A DNA stretch of 64,000 nt from an uncultured bacterium (lineage in GTDB: Bacteria > Patescibacteriota > CPR2 > UBA1875 > CAIMLA01): NCBI GenBank assembly GCA_903842085.1, contig CAIMLA010000050.1, positions 5,133 to 69,132 of the forward strand, given 5' to 3'. A program made the position numbers and the translations under genes. Of the stretch, positions 30,335-40,871 are shown piece by piece. Positions within the stretch are counted from its first letter, which is position 1; each line of letters opens with the position of its first letter. The notes under the pieces were generated by a model. The model had not been told where the DNA came from, made no database searches, and was given only the letters and a program-made list of their open reading frames with translations.

Positions 30335-31435
30335 TTAGAAATCTATTTTTTTGTAACGAATAATTATGCTTTCCAAGATCCCTATCGCGACGAGGGTTAT
30401 GACAATTGACGTTCCCCCAGAACTGACTAAGGGAAGAGGAATCCCCGTGACTGGCATTAGCCCAATATTCATGCCGATATTAATAAAAACGTGGAAAAAA
30501 AGCATAGCAAAAATCCCGGTCGCAAGATAGGTTCCAAAGTAATCTCTGGCCAGCATGGCCGTTCTGGCGGCCCGATACAGGATTACACCAAAAAGAACGA
30601 GGACCGCCAACGCGCCGACGAAGCCCATTTCTTCTGCCAAGGCCGCAAAAACAAAATCCGTATGTTTAAATGGCAGGAAGTTTAATTGTGATTGGGGTCC
30701 ATGGCCCAAGCCTCGACCAAGCCACCTTCCAGATCCAATCGCTATTATTGCTTGATTCACATTCCAGCCAGTCCCCATTGGATCTGCCGTCGGGTTAAAA
30801 AAAGTAAGAATTCTTTTCTTTTGGTACTCTTGGAGGAATTGATAGATGATCGGAGCTGAGGCCAGCCCGACGAGACCAATCAATAGTAAATATATTTTTT
30901 TAGCATTACTGACAAAAACCATCGCGACCCAGATAACAATGAAGGTCATCGCCGTCCCTAAGTCCGGTTGCATTAAGACAAGTCCGGTTGGTATCGCCAT
31001 ATACAGCAATGACAGGAGTAAAGTTTTCATTTTATATAGATCTCCGGATCTTTCAGCAAAAAACTTTGCCATGACTATAATCATAAATATTTTTGCAAGT
31101 TCTGAGGGCTGAAATTGAAAGAAGCCAAGGCTAATCCAACGCGTCGCCCCTAGAGAGGTTTTTCCCAAAAACTCCACAGCTAGTAACATTATTATTGTCA
31201 GTAGATATAATATGCCAGAAAAGTTTTTAAAGCTTCTGTAGTCAGTTCTTGCAATTAGAAACAAAAGAACTAAGCCGATTAAAGCATTGAACATTTGTTG
31301 CAAGGCTTCTTTCCCACCTCCAGAAATAGAAAAAGTGGTGGAATAGATAATGGCAACACTAAAACCAAGTAACAATAATGTTGCCAGTAGGATTACCCAA
31401 TCAAAATTTTTTGCAAATCGGAGATAACGTTTCAA
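30335..31435 (-). CDS. rodA: Rod shape-determining SEDS protein RodA
   Basis: GATRW, QPSELAK, QPDLGT, FLPFKHTDF, GIPLPLVSSGG. Confidence 0.92.
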   Translation of the reverse strand: MKRYLRFAKNFDWVILLATLLLLGFSVAIIYSTTFSISGGGKEALQQMFNALIGLVLLFLIARTDYRSFKNFSGILYLLTIIMLLAVEFLGKTSLGATRWISLGFFQFQPSELAKIFMIIVMAKFFAERSGDLYKMKTLLLSLLYMAIPTGLVLMQPDLGTAMTFIVIWVAMVFVSNAKKIYLLLIGLVGLASAPIIYQFLQEYQKKRILTFFNPTADPMGTGWNVNQAIIAIGSGRWLGRGLGHGPQSQLNFLPFKHTDFVFAALAEEMGFVGALAVLVLFGVILYRAARTAMLARDYFGTYLATGIFAMLFFHVFINIGMNIGLMPVTGIPLPLVSSGGTSIVITLVAIGILESIIIRYKKIDF

Positions 31436-31437
31436 GA

Positions 31438-34332
31438 TTATTTAACTCTTTTTAAACCAATCCATATTTTTTTTCCTTCAATCTCGGCCTCTTCGCTATA
31501 ATCCATATTCTCATCAATACTTGAAGCTATTCTTTGACAGAGGGTCTCCCTAGTCAGATAATCGTTCCAAGTTTTCAATATGACTGCTTCTAGATTACTA
31601 TCTTTAGTCTTGAAGGCTATTTCAATTCTATCAGAAACATTGAAATTTGCTTTTTTCCTCATATCTTGGATCTTTCGAACTAGCTCACGGGCTAAACCTT
31701 CATCGGCTAATTCTTTAGTAATCTGTCTATCGATTACCACCTTCTCCGTCAGGCCAGAATCAAAGGTAATTGCTTTAATGTTTGTTTCTTCCCGAATTAT
31801 TTCTTCAAGCTCAGAGTCAAGTGACTTAAGATTATATTTCAGTAATGAAAGTGGCTGACGGACCTTGATCCCAAATTGTTTCCTTTGTGATAACCCCTCT
31901 TCAACTATCTCGCGAGTCTGGGCCATATTTACCAGAATTTCTTGATTAAGCTGCCTTGAACGAGGATATTCGCATAAATGAACAGAGGGTGGGTCTTGAG
32001 GCTGTTTTAAGCCGGCGTACAGTCTTTCCGCAAACATTGGCGTAAAAGGGGCTAATAAGATCGAAAGCTGTTTTAAAACGTCATACAGAGTCTCATAGGC
32101 CGAATTCTTGTCGACATCATTCTCGCTCTTCCAAAATCTTCTTCGAGACCGTCTAACATACCAGGTTGACAACTCTTGAACAAACTCAGTAATTAAATTT
32201 GACGGCTTATATGGGTCATAGTGATCAAGCCCCTTTACAATATTATGAGTAAGCTCGTTAAGCTTTTCTAAAATCCACTTATCCAAGATATTGTTAGAAA
32301 GATTTTTTCCTTTTGGTTTAAAATCGTCAATTTCGGCATAAAGCATAAAAAACGAGTAAACATTCCAAAGTGTCATAAATAAGTTTCGTGAAACCGAAAG
32401 GACTTCTTTTTCAATGAAAAGTTTAGGTTCCTCTGGCTTGTTAACCGAATACATGAAGAACCTGACCACGTCAGCCCCAAATTTCTCTAAAGCTTCGTCC
32501 GGAACGATCACGTTTCCTTTTGATTTAGACATTTTCTGACCTTTAGCATCTAAAACGTGACCGGTAGATATAACATTTTTATAAGCTGGTTCACCGCTAA
32601 CGATGGTCGAAATTGCAAGCAAAGTATAGAACCAGCCCCTAGTTTGATCGATTGCTTCACAGATAAAATCAGCGGGAAATTGATTATTGAATAATTCTTG
32701 ATTCTCAAATGGGTAATGATACTGCGCATATGGCATTGATCCAGAGTCAAACCAACAGTCAATCACTTCTGGAGTTCTTTTCATTTTGCCGCCACAGTGA
32801 CATTCAAACTCTATTGTATCAACGTAAGGCCGATGTGGTTCGACGTTATCTATTTGATCCAAAGTCGTGATAACCTTATACTCTTCACAATTTTCGCATT
32901 CCCAAATTGGTAGTGGTGTCCCCCAGTACCTGTCTCTTGACAGGGCCCAATCGATATTATTTTCTAGCCAGTTTCCAAATCTTCCGTCCCTGAGATGTTT
33001 GGGATTCCAATTGATTTTTTTATTATTTAAAATCATTTCCTGATTTATTTTGGTCGTCGCAACATACCAGCTATTTCTTGCATAATATAAAAGGGGGGAG
33101 TTACAGCGCCAGCAAAATGGGTAATCGTGAGTAAACTCTTCGGTTTTGAATAAAAGACCCCTGTCTTTAAGATTTGATTTGACCTCCTGATCGGCCTCTT
33201 TTACAAATTTTCCTTTACCTGCTCCAGCCAAAGCGATGCCTTGCTCGTCAACAGTCTTTAATATTTTAATTCCATTCTTTTCATAGCCCCACTCATAGTC
33301 TTCTTGTCCAAAGGCTGGAGCGATATGGACGATGCCAGTCCCATCTTTATCTGAGACATAGTCTGCCACGATTAATTTATAGGTTCTCTCTCCAGACTCA
33401 GCAAAATCTAATCCATCTGGATAAAGAGCTTGATAGTCCGCCGTCCCTTCTTCAAGACTATACTCAGAGATTAGTTCTTGACCTTTGAATTTTTTTAGCA
33501 CCTTAAAGCCATCTTCGAGAACTTGTCTCAACCGGCTTTCAGCGACTACGTACTTACTCTCATTTTTTTCGACTAAGACATAATCAAGATTCCCGCCAAA
33601 GGCTAAAGCCACATTCCCCGACAACGTCCAAGGGGTGGTGGTCCAAACTAAAAAGTTGAGATCTTCTTTGGTTGATTTAAAAAGGATATAGACCGATTCT
33701 TCCTTTAGACTTTGATAGCCTTGGGCAACTTCGTGTGATGATAGTGCCGTTCCACAGCGTGGGCAATAAGGGACAATTTTATAGCTTTTGTATAAAAGTC
33801 CTTTTTTATTAATCTCACCAATAATATTCCAGACACTTTCGATGTATTTAGGCTCATAGGTTACATAAGGATTTTTCATATCAACCCAATAGCCCATGCG
33901 TGTCGTCATCTCTTCCCACAGAGTTTTATTTTGCCAGACAGACTCTCGACAAAGTTTGTTAAATTTCTCTATCGAGTCATATTTGTTGCCTTCAACGATA
34001 TTTTCGATTTGTTGCTTTCCAGAAATTCCAAGCTCCTTTTCAACCTGTAACTCAACAGGCAAACCATGAGTATCCCAGCCGGCCTTTCTTTCAACATGAT
34101 AGCCTTCCATTGTTTTATATCTCGCAAAAAGATCCTTAAAGGCTCTGGCTAAGACATGGTGAAGACCTGGCTGACCATTGGCCGTTGGCGGTCCTTCATA
34201 AAAAACAAAGTTACCCTTCTTGGCTTTTTTCTCTAAGGTTTCTTTAAAAACATCGTCCTTCTTCCAAAAAGATAATATTTTTTTCTCTTCCTCGGCTAAA
34301 TTAAGTTTTGGATCAACTTTCTTAAAAGACAT
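31438..34332 (-). CDS. ileS: Isoleucine--tRNA ligase, type 2
   Basis: FYEGPPTANG, GWDTHGLP, WTTTPWT, QTRGWFY, KMSKS, type-2 C-terminus (EGLARELV..IQ.MRK). Confidence 0.97.
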   Translation of the reverse strand: MSFKKVDPKLNLAEEEKKILSFWKKDDVFKETLEKKAKKGNFVFYEGPPTANGQPGLHHVLARAFKDLFARYKTMEGYHVERKAGWDTHGLPVELQVEKELGISGKQQIENIVEGNKYDSIEKFNKLCRESVWQNKTLWEEMTTRMGYWVDMKNPYVTYEPKYIESVWNIIGEINKKGLLYKSYKIVPYCPRCGTALSSHEVAQGYQSLKEESVYILFKSTKEDLNFLVWTTTPWTLSGNVALAFGGNLDYVLVEKNESKYVVAESRLRQVLEDGFKVLKKFKGQELISEYSLEEGTADYQALYPDGLDFAESGERTYKLIVADYVSDKDGTGIVHIAPAFGQEDYEWGYEKNGIKILKTVDEQGIALAGAGKGKFVKEADQEVKSNLKDRGLLFKTEEFTHDYPFCWRCNSPLLYYARNSWYVATTKINQEMILNNKKINWNPKHLRDGRFGNWLENNIDWALSRDRYWGTPLPIWECENCEEYKVITTLDQIDNVEPHRPYVDTIEFECHCGGKMKRTPEVIDCWFDSGSMPYAQYHYPFENQELFNNQFPADFICEAIDQTRGWFYTLLAISTIVSGEPAYKNVISTGHVLDAKGQKMSKSKGNVIVPDEALEKFGADVVRFFMYSVNKPEEPKLFIEKEVLSVSRNLFMTLWNVYSFFMLYAEIDDFKPKGKNLSNNILDKWILEKLNELTHNIVKGLDHYDPYKPSNLITEFVQELSTWYVRRSRRRFWKSENDVDKNSAYETLYDVLKQLSILLAPFTPMFAERLYAGLKQPQDPPSVHLCEYPRSRQLNQEILVNMAQTREIVEEGLSQRKQFGIKVRQPLSLLKYNLKSLDSELEEIIREETNIKAITFDSGLTEKVVIDRQITKELADEGLARELVRKIQDMRKKANFNVSDRIEIAFKTKDSNLEAVILKTWNDYLTRETLCQRIASSIDENMDYSEEAEIEGKKIWIGLKRVK

Positions 34333-34388
34333 GATTATATTATACAGATTTTAGGCTTATCTGAACACACTTTTATTGTTATTTGGTA

Positions 34389-34420
34389 AAAGCGCCTGTA
34401 GCTGGAGCTACAAGCGCTTT
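34389..34420 (-). terminator. Intrinsic terminator after the radical SAM gene
   Basis: AAAGCGC-TGTAGCT / AGCTACA-GCGCTTT inverted repeat; U-tract on the minus strand. Confidence 0.75.
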
Positions 34421-34427
34421 ATGTCAT

Positions 34428-35810
34428 TCAGTCCTTTCTTTTGGGCAATCTTAGTTTTTTGAGTGATTTGACGTAAGCCTTATTTCTGATATCTTTACGC
34501 CAAGCCCTAACGGTTATATAGCCCCAACCTCTAAGAATAATTTTTACCTTTTGAAAGGTTAGAATTGACGTGAGAATTCTCTTGAATGCATAGAATCGGA
34601 CATAGCCTTTAATTATTTCACTTTGAAGCTCGTACGGTGACATATTCTTTGGCTTAAAGACAACATGATGAGCGTCGTAATGGCTCCAGTCTAAATCAAA
34701 GATTCGACCTTTACCTTCTAGCTCCTGGAATAATTCTGTCCCAGGTAGTGGCGTTAAAATATTTGGCATAATGGTGTCTATCTTATGCTTCAAGGCAAAA
34801 TCGATCGTCTCGCGAATAGTTGATTTTTGATCCGTGTCGGCCCCCAAAACAAACATTCCATGACTTCGTATATTATACTGGTGTAATATCCCAATGGCTT
34901 TAACGATTTCCTCTACTTGTTGTGACTTGTGAAAATTATCAAGAGTTTCTTGATTAATCGACTCTAACCCTAGATAGACTAGCCAGGCTCCACTTCTAGC
35001 CATTAGGTCAAGCATCTCAGGATCTTTTGCAACATCAACCCTCATCTGAGCACTCCACCGAATCTTAATTCTTTCTTTTAGAATCATTGAGAGAAGGATT
35101 TTCAGTCTGGCATGATTTGCGGCGAGGTTATCATCGTAAAAGAAAATGTTTGTTGCTTTTTTTTCTTTAATTTCTTCGATAACCTTTTCTGGAGATCGAT
35201 ACCGATATTTTTTGCCGAACATGGCCGTGACTGAGCAAAAGTTGCAGTCGAAAGGACAGCCCCAACTCGTCATTATGGGGGTTATCGTTATCTCTTGATG
35301 GTTTTTTATCAGGGTCAGGTCAGGAAAAGGTAAATCATCTAGATTTTGAACTCTTCTGCCAATCGGGTTATTTATCGTAATCCCTCTTTTTTTGTAAGAC
35401 AAGCCGGAAATTGCTTCCAAGGTCGCCTTACCTTCCAGGAAATTCACTAACTCTGACATGATTCTGTTGCCTTGCTCTCCGACTGCGACAAAATCACTAT
35501 GCCTTAAAGCTTCTTCTGTCATAAAGGTCACGTGTGGACCACCCATAATGACTGGAATGCCATTAAGACGCAGCCTATCTGCCATTTCATAAGCTTGATT
35601 GATGGTTGATGTCGTCGCCGAAAATCCAACCAAATCAGCCGCTAAAAGATCTTCCCAATCTATTGGTGCTAGATCGAGGACGTAGATAGAAACATCGTGA
35701 CCATCGCGAACTAACCCTGCCCCAATCATTGGCAAGCCGAGTCTCGGCATTTTAAACTTAGAAAATACGTGGACCCCTGCTGGTGCTGGTTCAACTAGTC
35801 TGATCTTCAT
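34428..35810 (-). CDS. Cobalamin-binding-domain radical SAM protein
   Basis: N-terminal B12-binding-like domain (GGPHVT), CPFDCNFC, DDN, GLES, TPLPGT. Confidence 0.92.
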   Translation of the reverse strand: MKIRLVEPAPAGVHVFSKFKMPRLGLPMIGAGLVRDGHDVSIYVLDLAPIDWEDLLAADLVGFSATTSTINQAYEMADRLRLNGIPVIMGGPHVTFMTEEALRHSDFVAVGEQGNRIMSELVNFLEGKATLEAISGLSYKKRGITINNPIGRRVQNLDDLPFPDLTLIKNHQEITITPIMTSWGCPFDCNFCSVTAMFGKKYRYRSPEKVIEEIKEKKATNIFFYDDNLAANHARLKILLSMILKERIKIRWSAQMRVDVAKDPEMLDLMARSGAWLVYLGLESINQETLDNFHKSQQVEEIVKAIGILHQYNIRSHGMFVLGADTDQKSTIRETIDFALKHKIDTIMPNILTPLPGTELFQELEGKGRIFDLDWSHYDAHHVVFKPKNMSPYELQSEIIKGYVRFYAFKRILTSILTFQKVKIILRGWGYITVRAWRKDIRNKAYVKSLKKLRLPKRKD

Positions 35811-35885
35811 CTCAAGCCTCCGATAAGATGCTTTTCAAGGAACTGCCTATTATTATACAGACATCGACAAACCTTAGATATTGTC

Positions 35886-36413
35886 TTATTTTAGGCCAAA
35901 GGTAAATGTTTCTGGATCCATAAAAACTGGAGACATTGGAGGACTGTAAGTTGCCACCACGAAAAATATTAGAATAATAACCAAACCACCTAAATAAAAA
36001 TATCCAGGGAGCTTTGGTGCATAATTATCTTTTATTATTTTATAGCTTAAGCCGTAACTGGCCATCATCACGACCGCGAAGATCAAGATATCGATCACGA
36101 CATTTTCGACTCCGAAAGCACCAGTATAAAAATAAAATATCATTAAGATCGCGAGCATGCCAACGACAGTTTGAGCTAATTTTGCAAAATAAAAGGTTTT
36201 TTTATTTTTTATAAAAAAAATCTCAAAACCCATATAAATCAAGATTGGGAAAAACAAAAGCTTCAAATGCTCCCAAGGACTTTCATTAATTGCACTAAAC
36301 CAAGCAAAGGCCGCGATACTAGTTTTGTCGTATAAAAAATGAAGGCCTGCCCCAAAGAATACGCCAAAAATAGCTCCAATCGTTTCAACTTTTTTAATTG
36401 TTAGATTTTTCAT
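35886..36413 (-). CDS. Membrane protein, DUF6512-like
   Basis: HFLYD...NESPWEHLKL motif, ~5 TM helices. Confidence 0.7.
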   Translation of the reverse strand: MKNLTIKKVETIGAIFGVFFGAGLHFLYDKTSIAAFAWFSAINESPWEHLKLLFFPILIYMGFEIFFIKNKKTFYFAKLAQTVVGMLAILMIFYFYTGAFGVENVVIDILIFAVVMMASYGLSYKIIKDNYAPKLPGYFYLGGLVIILIFFVVATYSPPMSPVFMDPETFTFGLK

Positions 36414-36532
36414 CTTCCTCCTTTGCCCTGCTTCCTTGAAATTGTTAGCTTAAGGTGACTCAATTCTTTAATTATCTTAAATTTCTTCGACAAATCTTGC
36501 TCTTCGCTATTTTACTACAATCAAGATCCAAA

Positions 36533-36754
36533 TTATTTATTTATTTCAAATATTTTATGTCTTGATGTTTTACCTGCAATCAATACCACTTTATGCTTTG
36601 GTAGATTTAGAAATTGGCAAAGAACTTCTCTGACTTTTTTATTTGCCTCTCCTTTGATTGGTTTTGCTTTAACATAAACTTGGTATTCTTTTTCCGATAT
36701 TTGCACAACCCTTGATTGAGAAGAACTAGGCTTAACTCTAATATTTATTTTCAT
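36533..36754 (-). CDS. DUF167/YggU family protein
   Basis: VKPSS...P..GEAN...GKTSRHK pattern. Confidence 0.88.
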   Translation of the reverse strand: MKINIRVKPSSSQSRVVQISEKEYQVYVKAKPIKGEANKKVREVLCQFLNLPKHKVVLIAGKTSRHKIFEINK

Positions 36755-36821
36755 TGTTTTTCTGGCTCGCTGTTAAATAATAACTAGTTAAAACATCCTT
36801 CATTAAAAAATCTTGAGTTAA

Positions 36822-39548
36822 TTATCCAGAAGTTTTTTCTGAAAAGTTCGCTTTATTTTGATATTCTTGATGACTAAACTTTTTAAATAGTTCAAGGATT
36901 ATCATGTAAACAAAGGCCAGACTTGCGGCAATCCCCCAGCCAAGAAAAGAGATACTAGCCATGCTGGCAAAATCTTCTAAAAGAGGAACATAGATTAGTA
37001 AATTTATAAAAACAAAAGAAAGACTGATTGAAATCCAAATTCTTTTACTGCCAAAGAGCCGCCAAATCGGTTTCTTACTCGAACGAATCGAGAAAGCTTG
37101 CACATATTCACACAATGCCATCGTTGCATAAGTGACTGTTGTCGCCATAAAATATAATTTTTCGTTCGGAAATTGATCTCCCCAATGCCAGCCATTTAAA
37201 TACCCAAAAATACAGAAACCTAGTGTTGCAAGTAGTCCCAAAATCAAACCACTTCGTAAAAAATAAAAAATGGTTTCTTTCCCAAATAAGATATCTGATC
37301 TCGATCTTGGTGGTTTTAACATGACATCATCCTCTTGCTCGTCTCCTGCCAGGGCCAGCGCGGGAAATACTTCAGCCCCCAAATCGACTAATAATATCTG
37401 GATGACCGTAATCGGAGGCATCCCAATGATTAGACCGAATGTAATGGCCGTAAATTCAGCAAAGTTTGAAGTGAAAACAAATTTGGTTACTTTTTTAATG
37501 TTCTCATAGACGATTCTGCCTTCTCTTATGGCCCAGACAATCGAAGAAAAACTATCATTTAATGAGACCATCTCAGCTGCTTCTTTTGTAACGTCGGTTC
37601 CACTTAGACCCATTGCGACCCCAATATCGGATGTTTTTAAGGCTGGAGCATCGTTAACCCCATCTCCGGTTACAGACACAATGCAACCGTGGGTCTGTAA
37701 GACTTTAACTAATCTTAATTTATGCGTCGGCTCAACCCGAGAAAAAAGAACATCTTCACGCTCTAGGATATCATAAAGATCTTTATCGTTAATTTTGTTC
37801 AGTTCGTTGCCTTCAATTATTCTTGGATTTTCGTTTAGCTTAATCCTTTTTCCAACCGCGGCAGCAGTAATCCCATAATCTCCTGTGGCCATGATAATCT
37901 TGATCCCAGCATTTTTTGCCATCCTGATTGTTTCCGCCACATCTTCACGGGGCGGATCGATAATACCAAAAAGGCCTAAAAAAATTAGCTCAGAATCGAT
38001 TGTTGTTTTTCCTACTTCTTTATACGCGATAGCCATGACCCGAAGTGCATCCTGAGAATATCGATCTTCAACTTGATTTATGTTTTGAAGGTCCTCACTT
38101 GTGAGTCGCTCCACCTTCCCTTTCTTGTAAATTTTTGTGCATTTATTAATGACGGTATTGGTCGCCCCTTTTACAAAAACTAAATCTTTTCCATCTATCT
38201 TGACGGCCTTGGCCATAAACTTCCGCTCTGAAGTGAACGGTATTTCTTCGAGCTCCTTCGCCTCTTCCTTTATTTTATATGTGTCGAGACCAGCCTTTTC
38301 GGCGGCCACTAGCAAGGCGATCTCGGTTGAATCACCGCTATAGTCAGGCTTATTGTGATTTTTTGTGTCAATTTCTGCTTCATTGGCGATAGTTGCGCCT
38401 TGAAACAATAAGTTGGCCTTTGCTAATTTTTCTTTATCACAAAATTTTCCTTCACACGTAATCTCTCCGATGAGATTATAGCCAACGCCTTTGATATGAA
38501 AATTTTCTCCGTCAAAGTACATTTCTTTAGCAGTCATCTCATTTTTGGTTAAGGTCCCAGTTTTGTCCGTAATGATATAGTTTGCTTCTCCGAGTGTTTC
38601 GACGGCTGATAACCTTCTAATAGCCGCTTTTCGCCGCGCCATTTTCTGTATTCCTATCGCCAGCGCAATTGAAACTGTAGCCGGTAAGCCTTCGGGCACA
38701 AGAGACGACGCGACTCCAATCGCAAACCTAAAAGACCCTAGTAAGTCAAAATATCCTTTTGAGATTGTATATATGATTAAAAGCAGAATTACCACCCCGA
38801 GCGTTGCTTTAGCGACTACTTTGGCAATTCGATCGACTTCTATTTGAAGTGGTGACTTGGAAAACTTTTGCTCATCTGTCGCTTTGGCAATTTTTCCAAA
38901 ATGGGTTTCCATCCCAGTTGCGACCACAACTCCGATCCCATTTCCTGAGATGATATTTGTACCCATAAATACAGTTCCAGCGATATCAACAATATTCTTC
39001 TTGCTATCTTCAGTTTTTAGGGCTTCCTTTCTTTGTGATTCAGATTCGCCCGTTAAGGCAGCCTCATTTGTCTCTAACTCATTTGCAGAGATTAACCTAA
39101 TGTCCGCTGGCACCTTCATTCCTTCTGACAATATGATAATGTCACCCGGCACAAGTTCAACTGCGTTAATAATTTTCCGATCATTGCCTCTAAGAGCTGT
39201 GGCAGTCTGGGCGACATATTCTTTAAGTGCATCAATCGCTTTGTCTGCTTTAAACTCCTGGAAAAAACCGATCGTGCTATTAGCCACAACAACTAAGAAA
39301 ATAATTAAAGCATCCTTTGGTGCTCCTAATAATAAAGCTAGGACAGACGCAATCAATAGGATAATCGCCAAAAGATCGGTAAATTGCAACAAATATTTAA
39401 ATATATAAGGTGTCTTTTTTTGTTCTTTTAGCTTATTGGAACCATATTGTTTTCTTTTTTCCTCAATTTCAATATCACTGAGACCGTCTTCGCTAGTCTC
39501 AAGTTTCTTCATTACCTCATAAATGTCGGCGTAATAGAAGGTTGACAT
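36822..39548 (-). CDS. P-type (P2-like) cation-transporting ATPase
   Basis: LTGES, VPEGLP, DKTGTLT, KGA, DPPR, TGD, GDGVND. Confidence 0.95.
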   Translation of the reverse strand: MSTFYYADIYEVMKKLETSEDGLSDIEIEEKRKQYGSNKLKEQKKTPYIFKYLLQFTDLLAIILLIASVLALLLGAPKDALIIFLVVVANSTIGFFQEFKADKAIDALKEYVAQTATALRGNDRKIINAVELVPGDIIILSEGMKVPADIRLISANELETNEAALTGESESQRKEALKTEDSKKNIVDIAGTVFMGTNIISGNGIGVVVATGMETHFGKIAKATDEQKFSKSPLQIEVDRIAKVVAKATLGVVILLLIIYTISKGYFDLLGSFRFAIGVASSLVPEGLPATVSIALAIGIQKMARRKAAIRRLSAVETLGEANYIITDKTGTLTKNEMTAKEMYFDGENFHIKGVGYNLIGEITCEGKFCDKEKLAKANLLFQGATIANEAEIDTKNHNKPDYSGDSTEIALLVAAEKAGLDTYKIKEEAKELEEIPFTSERKFMAKAVKIDGKDLVFVKGATNTVINKCTKIYKKGKVERLTSEDLQNINQVEDRYSQDALRVMAIAYKEVGKTTIDSELIFLGLFGIIDPPREDVAETIRMAKNAGIKIIMATGDYGITAAAVGKRIKLNENPRIIEGNELNKINDKDLYDILEREDVLFSRVEPTHKLRLVKVLQTHGCIVSVTGDGVNDAPALKTSDIGVAMGLSGTDVTKEAAEMVSLNDSFSSIVWAIREGRIVYENIKKVTKFVFTSNFAEFTAITFGLIIGMPPITVIQILLVDLGAEVFPALALAGDEQEDDVMLKPPRSRSDILFGKETIFYFLRSGLILGLLATLGFCIFGYLNGWHWGDQFPNEKLYFMATTVTYATMALCEYVQAFSIRSSKKPIWRLFGSKRIWISISLSFVFINLLIYVPLLEDFASMASISFLGWGIAASLAFVYMIILELFKKFSHQEYQNKANFSEKTSG

Positions 39549-39663
39549 CTATTAGCATTCTAAGCTAATTTAAGTAAATTTAAAAATATTTTCTTTTATC
39601 AAGAAAGTTTTGTATAGTGGATGTGTTCATGCATAGTTTATAAATACTCCTAAAAGGAGACCA

Positions 39664-40866
39664 ATGAAAAAAGTTATCATCGCGTTTGTTGTCATAATAA
39701 TATTTATTTCTTCACTTGCTGCCTTAAGTGTCTATTTTTATAAAGAAAGGAAAAATAAGGAATTAGATGAAAAGCTTTCTACTGAGCAAGATTTACTGCT
39801 CGACTCTCTTGGTAATGGCAAACTTTCCCTCAATGATCCTTATTTAAATAAAACCTTGGATTTAAATTTTAAGGACAACTTATCTGAAATCAATAACAGC
39901 AGTGACAAAGCTAAATATCAGATTATTGATGCTATCCAGCCCTACAACATGGACAATAGCCCAGAAAAAGAATATCCGTTTATTGTCAAGGCCGAATATA
40001 CAGATAAATCTTTTGTTTACTTATTAATCTCACATATTAGTGGCAATAAGAAGACAACCGTAGACCTAGTCAATATCGGCAAGTCATCCCAAATTGAAGA
40101 CATTCATCGACAGGGTCAAGAGGTTTTGGTCGACGCAAACATCCCAACTGATCAGGGTACAACCGAACAAGCAATTCTATCTTACACCTTAAACAATGAT
40201 AAAATTATTCCAGATAACAATAATATTGATATCTCAAAAACAATTATTGTTCAAAAACCAGCGCCTGTTAATGTCCCAGTTAAGCAAACTGATAATTCTG
40301 GATCTAGTGGGAATATCGCCTTAACCTTCGATGATGGCCCCGGTACATATACACCTCAAATATTAGCGGCCTTAAATCAATACGGAGTCAAAGCGACGTT
40401 TTTTGAGATTGGTCAAAACGCCGATGCCCATCCGGACTACGTTAAACAAATACTAGCCAGTGGTCATATTCTAAGTGATCATACCTACACCCACCCAGAT
40501 TTGACAAAACTAAGCATAGACGCTCAACAAGATGAGATCTCCAAAGCAAAACAAGCGATTCAAAATATTGCCGGAACGGCCATTACTTTCTTTCGGCCAC
40601 CATATGGAGCCTATAACTCCGATACAGACACTATAATGCCCTCTCTGTCCCTCCAAAAAGTCTTATGGAACGTCGATCCAAGAGATTGGTCAGGAATTCC
40701 TGCTAGCTCAATCTCTCAGAACGTCTTAGCTAATACCAAAAGTGGTTCCGTCGTCTTAATGCATGATGGCGTGGCAAATTCGGTTGAAACAGCAAAAGCC
40801 TTACCTACTATCATTGAAGGACTTAGGGCGAGCGGTTTTAAGTTTGTAACGCTAAAGGAGCTTTAA
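39664..40866 (+). CDS. Membrane-anchored polysaccharide/peptidoglycan deacetylase (CE4/NodB)
   Basis: TFDDGP, HTYTH, FRPPYG, DPRDW, LMHD; N-terminal TM and an uncharacterised domain. Confidence 0.92.
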   Translation: MKKVIIAFVVIIIFISSLAALSVYFYKERKNKELDEKLSTEQDLLLDSLGNGKLSLNDPYLNKTLDLNFKDNLSEINNSSDKAKYQIIDAIQPYNMDNSPEKEYPFIVKAEYTDKSFVYLLISHISGNKKTTVDLVNIGKSSQIEDIHRQGQEVLVDANIPTDQGTTEQAILSYTLNNDKIIPDNNNIDISKTIIVQKPAPVNVPVKQTDNSGSSGNIALTFDDGPGTYTPQILAALNQYGVKATFFEIGQNADAHPDYVKQILASGHILSDHTYTHPDLTKLSIDAQQDEISKAKQAIQNIAGTAITFFRPPYGAYNSDTDTIMPSLSLQKVLWNVDPRDWSGIPASSISQNVLANTKSGSVVLMHDGVANSVETAKALPTIIEGLRASGFKFVTLKEL

Positions 40867-40871
40867 ACCCG

